From Actinomycetes bacterium (GTDB lineage: Bacteria; Actinomycetota; Acidimicrobiia; Acidimicrobiales; GCA-2861595), in contig JAHFUS010000003.1 in the NCBI GenBank assembly GCA_023264975.1, positions 26,921 to 90,920 of the forward strand: 64,000 bases of DNA. Reading direction: 5' to 3'. Position numbers and translations under genes: made by a program. Numbering within the stretch: the first letter of the stretch is position 1; each line of letters starts with the position of its first letter. Of the stretch, positions 26,701 to 32,040 are shown one piece after another. The notes under the pieces were generated by a model. The model saw only the letters and a list, made by a program, of their open reading frames with translations, ran no database searches and had not been told where the DNA came from.

Positions 26701-27326
26701 TGCTGCGCGCCGCCGACGGGGACCAGCACGGCTCCGGCATCGTCCGCACCCGCTACCAGTTCAGCGGCACGGCCGCGGTCGCCCCGTGCACGGCCGCACC
26801 CTGCACGTACACGGGACCGTTCACCGTGCCCGAGGGCGTCTACCGGGTCACCTACTGGGCCGAGGACGTGGCCGGCAGAGTCCAGGCCCCGCAGACGCTG
26901 AAGGTTGCCGTCGACACCACGCCGCCCGTGCCCAAGGCCACCACCCCCAACCCGGCGCTGTGGCTGCGCAGCAAGCTGGGCCTGCCCCTCACCTCGCCCA
27001 CCGTCGACCTGCGCTGGACGCTGCAGGAGAATCTCTCCGGGGTGGCGTCAGCCGACAACACGCCGCCCGACAGGGCGAACGTGAAGGTCGTGGTCTACGA
27101 CGTGACGGGTTTCCCGGTGCGAACGCTGAACGCCGGCGACTTCGTGGTGACGCCGGGCCAGACCCTGGCCGGCAAGGCGGTGTGGGACGGCAAGGGTGCC
27201 AACCTCACGTCGCTGCTGCCGGTCGGCACGTACTACTACCGGGTGGTGGCCACCGACGCAGCCGGCAACGTGGCCATGAGCGGCGAGTCCACCAAGCTCG
27301 TCATCGCCGTCAGCCTGCTGCTTTAG
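17763..27326 (+). CDS. Giant (3187 aa) N-terminally anchored or secreted surface protein: long beta-rich region, Gly-rich beta-helix-like segment, C-terminal Ig-like array ending in a FlgD-Ig-like domain
   Basis: ATG at 17763 is in frame with track ORF 17175-27326. The N-terminus is MRTSMNALRTFGPMRRPWLLFIAGVLLIGAVLGS (TM or signal). A [DN]-[ILV]-P motif recurs through about 18600-22710. A Gly-rich block lies at about 24050-24700. Four or five modules carry (N)GW(Y/F)...D.AGN (OmpL47/chitobiase-C-like Ig), and the final module is WDGKGANLTSLLPVGTYYYRVVATDAAGNV (FlgD-Ig-like). GC3 is uniformly high over 9.5 kb. Confidence 0.85.
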   Translation: MRTSMNALRTFGPMRRPWLLFIAGVLLIGAVLGSRSTVDISGAEKTAVPFPSLVYGIEAESNGHQASILNLGIGYLNTLQAPLPVDVDGDLLPDVTVAVNLVDTQGLHNPPQPGDIIRPNVEINRFPLELGTTLLGRPSPPLKIKVVFKIYDLQGETDTMTAKFGYDTGPGGSIPGYFQATLDGITDFFSPVTATISTKGDIITQSSAPLWYQGPLTVIGGFQQGAFKADLGLGYAPFPDKVAVTYRHDDAGDHIDYTHAAEGEVDLLTKAVVEDKGERIDVAANVSRLPRTLGLDLLKAAQGGAVHFDTTADGRLPDADVRFKGPLLGDVFDAHLAIEDLPTSMDAKWSLPKDGPINAIFDSSGQGIGAIEAEIQNRNGAPTGLPPFLFAEKQIAAAQLNTATDALRLGARLERIRHAEVAATPAGNVDATINIGDGELPLQLAGFVDLRSKGGPLIDASSTFSPLPGTIGVSLKPAGDNQRTDPLKLVYSASEAVDVDARVLVRTKDATSATCGASGVICGDLRMRHIPTRIEARIGGFTNAEGKQETRIETDTVGPGHVDVFADVKVGPDVVNGVPAQLAGKPLVARLEMLGLARNARVRTIEGQDDTLQRTEFHSCAFDYAADACPAGTQGDRIGALQFGVANFLPTARPADLPPAYAATPNFATITARGRSNGTSVDFEATGRVSDIRELTYVNQGAFGYRSDIGGGGDLATLVDVDNIAFGAGGPGSDLFDVTGNVLIHPLPQRMSFCLNASGQAIVAPPSSITAPCQDKNPFSAAANRPSLTKSPMSVAYDGSRGDGSAQEFDVDVDAELLAHNGAGTDDDRRVRGTLDIDHIPATIHAHVLDPKDQAAGGPLKVLVDAPTLGPQLTVFAKASLLDGDLQCEDPRVPKRIDSDTTQASVCAQGRINNVPNRMTLAYDADAATDNFVLDGTGEKQLSFTDLKVAAVTRDEPTADDPPGTAARAQVLVATGEILGLPKRVEGTLKTPAPGRPDDPVLIDLTGTPLLVDQINASVRNFIAPDPIPDMPAQRQGLADPKAIGGDGKPAGDWASFIQRGDAFKADVHVSSIKRVGFKNQVDANGKALDTSVVSVDFGKDKVVRGYVDIDKDGTDRLIGDVTIEDIPAGIQVCVRPPTTKNITPAAGTATFCDNTPAPVAARAKTGAFEARMSSAVGAQLDVDAFVRSAKGGGADILSARVDIDNIPNVVRGTFGDGKVDVGGFTLAGVPDGIDRIYANAASFDLSDDLNRSDDGDGWTPATRPYSPRFVTRTPFPTPFPAGQHVAVRADDADFEVRARIGAVEPSVEPASDLHRIQLSDTPCGKPVGVDYGSGAPDYGPRPDFPFLPDDGSKYTCIRGDFEPVGPTEVDPLDLSVIIDKGGKRLSLEKGLLDDIPEFFQVNVADANPLQNQDDRRLRPHCIGLGRTQPANCVAPLVRLDTPGNARLSGIVQYGALADLGRLGTVRPREALPVDVDSAGNIAFAGNEIRARIGSFGASTAARAAFRIPIPASFTIDQVQSWSMSNVSGKPNYLDASDLHFRYAARNPDGSSIGVLLKLSAMIHSSADGTQILLSDDDPSQGVQIPGDLGVEMFTRNHNGNGRNFLQIDGRSTAPDLDLRARLLGTGGSPIGRLDAQVRNVPPAATAYPATNAPLTAYGEPSFRIRAETLGEGKEPPDPSGADSASGGEPPKEKECSPLLCILTQVRLKSVNVQFDFKPGTSPTYARLLEAVIRTDGTKNGVEVRGFSVIDNDVDNDGVIDQNIASPFLAGAQLDVDPINLFVHAGIPLLASLDFILLSDLDAAASVGGNFKNGTIWSTGQYDPGGLVPQLEGAGSTNFSLKQNLLKMTVSNNGPDGSFSQIGPIDFNVKVMHGEAWGLFVKLLGVDWVPPGSSLRLPFIECSTLGALNSEVVKVPEPLIDGDGDGSRSVVPWPFYSVLHPPGKIVYSGLLGGALTLVGDLAGPFFCVLDTDQDLIDDGAKPHPADPLGIGITQSKVPEARVDGSQLVQSADDTGPDLLPDITVGNSTPAMCGTKSYNNFTIPSGVTLNVATAADATKIDGVDACPAGAEGTVEIVATGNVTVNGVLEAGNRMILTNASGNGGGGHGVPPFLIFPEEGRGGNGGTSGSGGPAYGDRFGDFDIEVGRAGSATTTPAGNGGDAGKGGGSIKIIADKLSVGPSGAVRADGGGGSSKGTSPADCFDPDVDGNGPDTGHPNIGFAGGGGGAGGGIVLHLAEYAVAAGGSVSVNGGPGGAGSRGGGGGGGGGNVKLDTALVSGAVPTATGGAGGADLCGGNNTDDPGTAGGGGDTYGNPPVNVAPKSRVDIRKLSDADLKNFSFWNTTAGDKSLVVPYQAAAEVVGASDDFDVVLCATPRTTAIDLPTDKSLSEVLMPAQPGNVSLDNPCGTFGIGTIVGNPGLGQPGVQAVKHFSGRRTTSTFSVASMAESYYGLYTMLWKTTADGNDCFNPFDQGYDPFNPTSGRLFDVARCTAEPAPTSPDLSIGIDNAAPNIQNLVVNGVTVRGGDGSPVAGAQPVSSSAGTIAISWNDTDNLSKVVGRECTGANGAIGFRNCVSGQTVAMTNGDGTKTVAVRLIDGAGNTDTFTATVLVDTTVPASSGQVMTATATQLQNGWFLSSPGFRLFGYNDGAGTGAPAVPWEYQFDDGDLKPCNDLDCTIGDGPGEDLPGIGRHRLRWTAIDKVGNKFTADDNPNTPGVDGRQQLAVKVDGAKPISALLSVPATPNGANGWYSGATWITFGAFDQPGASGFKKAVDDTTQIGGVAFQITHEGVTTPGTFDVANPSPVRLEPGTSTVCWQAKDQAGNVDLSMADQCRTFKVDEADPVTSLPTTANTPDGVAGWYTTKPVVNPTVADGGTLGSGVGTDTVNLCTQNPLIAAPAPTGTCISIDGAPFIPVDHNADKYLVTLGEGLHEMRAFSTDAAGRRSAITTRLYQVDLSNPVAVARTIMARASAGKWWREVPTVVLRAADGDQHGSGIVRTRYQFSGTAAVAPCTAAPCTYTGPFTVPEGVYRVTYWAEDVAGRVQAPQTLKVAVDTTPPVPKATTPNPALWLRSKLGLPLTSPTVDLRWTLQENLSGVASADNTPPDRANVKVVVYDVTGFPVRTLNAGDFVVTPGQTLAGKAVWDGKGANLTSLLPVGTYYYRVVATDAAGNVAMSGESTKLVIAVSLLL

Positions 27327-27336
27327 GTTCTTCGTC

Positions 27337-28053
27337 GTGAACAAGCGAACCGTTGCACTCGCGCTCGTCGCCGTCTTCGCCGTCACCGCCATCGGCGCCG
27401 TCGTCGTCGCCATCACCGGCGGCGACGGCGGCGACGTGGTGGCCGGACCGGAGGCGACGACGACGACCACGGCCGCCCTCAACGACGAGGCCCAGGAGCT
27501 GGTGGACCGGTTGGTGGCGGCCCGCAAGCGCCCGCTGCACCTGACGTATGCGGGCGGCCTGGCCGCCGCCCCGAAGACGGGCGCGCTGACCATCGAGATC
27601 TGGTGGGACGGCGAGCTGACCCGCCAGGACATCAGGACCGAGGCGCCGGCCGGAAAGCAGCAGCAGTCCTCGTTCGCGCTCCCGAGCGGGAACGTCTCCT
27701 GCGTGAAAGGCGCCGACGGCGCATGGGCATGCCAGCGAGCCGCCTCGGTGGCCACAGCCGCGGGCAAGCCGGCGAGCATCATCGACTCGCTGGTGGCGCA
27801 GCTCAACGGCAAGCCGGTCACGGTGGCCAAGGCCAAGGTCGGCGACACCGACGCCGACTGCTACACGCTGGACCCGACGACCGACGATGTGGTGTGCCTG
27901 CGCGAGGACGGGGTGCCCGTGAAGTTCACACTTTCGGGCTCGGAGCTGGTGGCGACCGGCGTCGCCACGGACGTGGACGCCGGCGACTTCAAACCGCCGG
28001 CCGAGCCGACCGAGCTCCCGGCCACACCCACCACACCGACCTCGGGGGGATGA
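27337..28053 (+). CDS. Membrane-anchored exported protein (238 aa), third gene of the giant-protein operon
   Basis: GTG lies 10 nt after the giant's stop. TM VALALVAVFAVTAIGAVVVAI is followed by a Thr-rich linker and a globular part with two Cys pairs. That part is vaguely reminiscent of LolA/RseB-like beta-half-barrels, which is a weak inference. Confidence 0.6.
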   Translation: MNKRTVALALVAVFAVTAIGAVVVAITGGDGGDVVAGPEATTTTTAALNDEAQELVDRLVAARKRPLHLTYAGGLAAAPKTGALTIEIWWDGELTRQDIRTEAPAGKQQQSSFALPSGNVSCVKGADGAWACQRAASVATAAGKPASIIDSLVAQLNGKPVTVAKAKVGDTDADCYTLDPTTDDVVCLREDGVPVKFTLSGSELVATGVATDVDAGDFKPPAEPTELPATPTTPTSGG

Positions 28054-28167
28054 GCCGTGCCCCAGGAACCGGGGAGACGACGGCGCACCGCCCTGGCATC
28101 GTCGAGGCCGCTGCCGCCGAGCTCGGCAGCGCGACGGGAGCGTCGCGTTGCAGGCCTTCCGGCATGG

Positions 28168-30063
28168 CTACGGGCGGGCGGCCTCGGCTCGGGCAGTGAA
28201 CAAGCGGGCCACTGCGTCGCCGTCCTCGGCGGCGCCGTCGGGTGGCTCGACGGGAGCGGCGCTCCCTGGCTGCGGCGCCGACACGGGGCCATCGGCGCCC
28301 CGGGGGGGAACCGGCACGGGTGCCGGGCCGGCGACGGCCATCTTGGCCGCCAGCTTGGTGCGCAGTGCCGCAATTTGGCGGGTGAACTCGTCCTGGCGGG
28401 GAGGAGGCGGGGCGGCGGCCATGGCACGGGTGTGGGCCTCGGGGCGCAGGTAGCCACGGAGGTCGGGCAGGTCGGTGCGGGGCGTGTCTCGGGTGATGAG
28501 CCCCTCGAAGGTCGCGGCCGCCGCCTCCCGTGCCGAAAGGGGGGCGGTGCCCGGGGCGAAGAGCTTGCGGACGGTGCGGGGGATGGAGGCGTGGTCGTAG
28601 AGGGTGTCGTCCCAGCGCTGGTCGATGCGGGGCGAAATGATCACCGTCGGGACGCGCGGGCCGAGCACGTTGAACCGGAACCGGGAGTCGGGTTGCTCGA
28701 CGAACCAGCCGATCAAGCGGGGCATCCATGACCGGCGGGGCCGTCCGAACGGCTCGGGCGCGGCCGCGTCGGTGGGCGGCAGGACGTGGTCGTAGAGGCC
28801 GCCGTGCTCGTCGTAGGTGATGACCAGCACGGTCTTGTCGAACACCTCGGGGTTGACCCGGAGGGCCTCGTAGACCTCGATGATCAGGTTCTCGCCCCGC
28901 TGGAAGTCCCACAGGCCGCCGTCCTCGGGCCCGCTGTTGTCGTCGTTGTTGCCCGGGTGCTGGCTATTCGAGAGCTTGCCGTCGTGGCACGGCTCCAGGA
29001 ACGAATAGGCGGGAAGCCGGTCGTGCTCCACGTCGTCGGCGAAGTCCTGCAGGCGCCGCCAGTTGCCGATCTGGGCGTCGTCCGACAGCCACCCGAACGC
29101 CATCACCTGCGCCAGCGAGCCGGGATCGCGGTAGATCGCCCACGATTTCCCCGCCTCGTGCAGCCGGTTGAAGACCGTGGGGTTCCGGTAGAAGCCGACC
29201 TCGATGTCGACCGTGCCGTCGGATGTGCCGGCGTGGGCGAAGTTGCGGTTCGGCCACGTGGCACCGGGCACCGAGCAGTGCCAACGGGTGCAGACGGCGA
29301 ACGACTTGGCCAGCGTGGCCAGCGCCGGCAGCTGCTCCATCGGCTTCATGCAGCGCATGATCTGGGAGGCCTGGTCCGTGGCCACCGGGGGCGGCTTGGC
29401 GACCTTCCTCCGCTTGCGCAGGACGGCCAGGGCGCCGGCGGCGCCGACGACCGCGGCGTTGGCCAGCATGCGCAGCGGGAACCCGAAGTGGCGGCCGAGC
29501 AGTGCCGAGAGGCCACCGACCGCCGCCACCACCCCCGCCGGCGCCACGAAGGCGCCGGTCCATGCGTCGACGGGGAGCGCCTGACGCCGCATGTAGGCGA
29601 ACGTCACCGCGCCGTACCCGACGAGCAGCACGCCCGCCGCGCCGGCGACGAGCGGGCCGGTCGCCGGCAGGGCGAGCAGGCCGGCAACGGCCGCGGCCGC
29701 GGCGCCCACCACCACGAAGATGCGGTCGAAGTGGATCACGGGCAGCCCCGACTCCCGGCCGGCGATCTTGCGCGCGTACGAGGCGATGAAGCCCTCCATG
29801 GTCGGTGCGCCCAGCGGTCGGAGGCCGAGTTGCTCGATTACGCTGGCGTGGGAGTGCGGCGGGTCGAACCTGAGGTCGGGCGAGCCGTCGTCGCTGACGT
29901 TGACCCGTCCCTTGGAGGCATCCGTCGGGTCGACCGGGTTGGAGAAGGCGGGGTCGTCGAGGCGCACACCCGGGTACTTCAGGTCGTCGTAGAGGAAGCC
30001 GAGCAGATGGTCGAAGGAGCGGTTCTCGAACATCAGGACCACGACGTGCTCGATGTCGGTCAC
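28168..30063 (-). CDS. Phosphoesterase-family enzyme (phospholipase C / AcpA acid phosphatase family) interrupted by a four-TM insertion
   Basis: Family motifs are in order: VVVLMFENRSFDHLLG, PPHSH, GATWPNRNFAHAGTS, ITYDEHGGLYDHV. About 125 aa with four hydrophobic helices lie between the second and third motifs (aa about 105-230, nt about 29374-29751). There is no N-terminal signal. Confidence 0.85.
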   Translation of the reverse strand: MTDIEHVVVLMFENRSFDHLLGFLYDDLKYPGVRLDDPAFSNPVDPTDASKGRVNVSDDGSPDLRFDPPHSHASVIEQLGLRPLGAPTMEGFIASYARKIAGRESGLPVIHFDRIFVVVGAAAAAVAGLLALPATGPLVAGAAGVLLVGYGAVTFAYMRRQALPVDAWTGAFVAPAGVVAAVGGLSALLGRHFGFPLRMLANAAVVGAAGALAVLRKRRKVAKPPPVATDQASQIMRCMKPMEQLPALATLAKSFAVCTRWHCSVPGATWPNRNFAHAGTSDGTVDIEVGFYRNPTVFNRLHEAGKSWAIYRDPGSLAQVMAFGWLSDDAQIGNWRRLQDFADDVEHDRLPAYSFLEPCHDGKLSNSQHPGNNDDNSGPEDGGLWDFQRGENLIIEVYEALRVNPEVFDKTVLVITYDEHGGLYDHVLPPTDAAAPEPFGRPRRSWMPRLIGWFVEQPDSRFRFNVLGPRVPTVIISPRIDQRWDDTLYDHASIPRTVRKLFAPGTAPLSAREAAAATFEGLITRDTPRTDLPDLRGYLRPEAHTRAMAAAPPPPRQDEFTRQIAALRTKLAAKMAVAGPAPVPVPPRGADGPVSAPQPGSAAPVEPPDGAAEDGDAVARLFTARAEAARP

Positions 30064-30181
30064 TGCTTCTCCTCACTCCGGTAGCAGGCCAGCGCTTCCG
30101 TCGATCCTACGAAGGTCGTGGCGCCTCCGGCTCGCACGGCGGTTCGTCCGGCCGGCACAGCGGACAGGCGCCGAGGCACAT

Positions 30182-31693
30182 TCAACCGATCGGGCGCTCT
30201 CGGGGGTTGTTGCCGGCCCGCACGGCGAGGGGTGGGGCGTCGAGGGGGCAGTGGTGAGTCGGTCGCCCGGGCGGCCGTGAGGCATCGGGTGCCGGGCGCC
30301 GAGCGGGCATCGTCGCGAACGCCAGCGCGCCGGCGCCGACGCAGGCGACGAAGGCGGTACGGGCCACGCCTTGGAGGCCGTCGACGACGGCGGCCGGGCC
30401 CACGGGTCCCTCCGGGTCGAACCCCGTGAGCAGCGGCACGGCGGCGACGGCCAGCAGTCCGGCCGTCCTGGCCACGGCGTTGTTGACCGCCGACGCCACG
30501 CCGGCCCGCCGTGCCTCGGCCGCCGCCAGCACGGCGGCGGTCAGGGGCGCCACCGTGAGGGCGAGGCCGAGACCGAACACGACGAGCGCAGGCAGGACCG
30601 TGGTGACGTAGCTGTGGCCCGACTCGACCCGCACGAGGAGGCCGAGGCCGGCGCCGATCACCACCGGCCCGAACGTCAGCGGAAGGCGGGGGCCGATGCG
30701 CTCGGCCAGGGCGCCGCTGCGAGAGGACAGCGTCAGCATGATGAGTGTGACGGGCAGGAGCGAGCCGCCGGCTGCCAACGGCGAGTAGCCAAGGCCGACC
30801 TGGAGGGTTATGGCGATCAGGAACAGGGAGGCGCCGAGGGCGCCGTAGACGACGAAGGTGACCGCGTTGATGGCGCTGAACAACCGGTTGGCGAACACCT
30901 CGAGCGGGAGCATGGGCGCCTCGGCCCGTGCCTCGATGGCGACGAAGGCGGCGAGTACGAGCACGCCCGCGAGGGCGACGGCGACGCTGCGGTCGATGAG
31001 CCCATAGGTGGCGGCGGCCAGTCCGATCGAACCGGTGAGCGCGCCGGTCACGTCGATGCGGCGGCCGGCGGCGCCCGGGTCGAGCGACTCGGGGACGTGG
31101 CGGACGGCGATGGTCACGACGGCAGCACCGAGCGGAAGGTTGAGCAGGAAGATCCACCGCCACGACGCCGCCTCCACGAGCCACCCGCCGAGGAACGGAC
31201 CGACGGCGGCGGCGATGCCGCCGAGGCCCGACCACGCGCCCACCGCCCGCCCCCGGTCCTCGGCGCAGAACGACGCCGAGATCACGGCCAGGCTCCCAGG
31301 TGTGAGGAGGGCGCCGCCTGCTCCCTGCAGCAGTCGGGCGGCGACGAGCACTCCCACGCTCGGCGCCGCTGCGCACAACGCCGACGCGACTGCGAACCAC
31401 ACGACGCCCCACGCGAACGTGCGGCGCCGGCCGAAGCGGTCGGCCAGCGAGCCGCCCACCAGCAACAGCGAGGCGAGCGTCAGCGTGTAGCCGGTGATCA
31501 CCCACTGGAGCCCGGCGAAGCCGGTGCCGAGATCCCGGGCGATGCTCGGCAGGGCGACGTTGACCACCGTGGCGTCGAGCGTCGCCATCCCCGACCCCAG
31601 CACGGCGGCTGCTATCACCCACCGCCCGGCCGCCGTGTCGAGCCGCAGCGGCCCCGCCGCCGCCTGCCCCGCGTCGGCGGCCATGCGGGGCAA
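30182..31693 (-). CDS. MFS transporter, DHA2 (EmrB/QacA, 14-TM) drug-efflux family
   Basis: LDATVVNVALPSIARDLG...LQWVITGYTLTLASLLLVGGSLADRFGRRRTF is the DHA2 signature region. The 503-aa protein is hydrophobic throughout. Confidence 0.85.
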   Translation of the reverse strand: MPRMAADAGQAAAGPLRLDTAAGRWVIAAAVLGSGMATLDATVVNVALPSIARDLGTGFAGLQWVITGYTLTLASLLLVGGSLADRFGRRRTFAWGVVWFAVASALCAAAPSVGVLVAARLLQGAGGALLTPGSLAVISASFCAEDRGRAVGAWSGLGGIAAAVGPFLGGWLVEAASWRWIFLLNLPLGAAVVTIAVRHVPESLDPGAAGRRIDVTGALTGSIGLAAATYGLIDRSVAVALAGVLVLAAFVAIEARAEAPMLPLEVFANRLFSAINAVTFVVYGALGASLFLIAITLQVGLGYSPLAAGGSLLPVTLIMLTLSSRSGALAERIGPRLPLTFGPVVIGAGLGLLVRVESGHSYVTTVLPALVVFGLGLALTVAPLTAAVLAAAEARRAGVASAVNNAVARTAGLLAVAAVPLLTGFDPEGPVGPAAVVDGLQGVARTAFVACVGAGALAFATMPARRPAPDASRPPGRPTHHCPLDAPPLAVRAGNNPRERPIG

Positions 31694-31781
31694 GGTAGCC
31701 GGGGCGCTCTGCCCGTCGCCCGGCCGGCGCCGCCTACTCGCAGAACTCCGCCCGAACTCGCAGGGTCAGTACGCTCGACGG

Positions 31782-32030
31782 GTGATCCGGCTGCTCGTCG
31801 CCGTGGCGATGTTCCTCGTCATCATGAAGTTCGGCCTGATGATCCTGCGGATGCTGGCCCGTCCGGTCCCGGGGCCGCCGCCGGCCGGGGAGATGCGCAG
31901 GGTCAACCTGCGCTACCGATGTGGGAGCTGTGGCGTGGAGCTCAAGATGACGGCCGCCCCCGACCAGGACCCTCCCCCGCCCCGCCACTGCCTGGAGGAC
32001 ATGAGCCTGGTTGCTCCGCCCATTGAGTGA
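31782..32030 (+). CDS. Small membrane protein with C-terminal Cys/His motif (82 aa)
   Basis: GTG at 31782 is in frame with track ORF 31494-32030. TM VIRLLVAVAMFLVIMKFGLMILRML is followed by a Pro-rich stretch and then YRCGSCGVELKM...PRHC. GC3 is high. Confidence 0.45.
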   Translation: MIRLLVAVAMFLVIMKFGLMILRMLARPVPGPPPAGEMRRVNLRYRCGSCGVELKMTAAPDQDPPPPRHCLEDMSLVAPPIE

Positions 32031-32040
32031 AGGGACGGGT

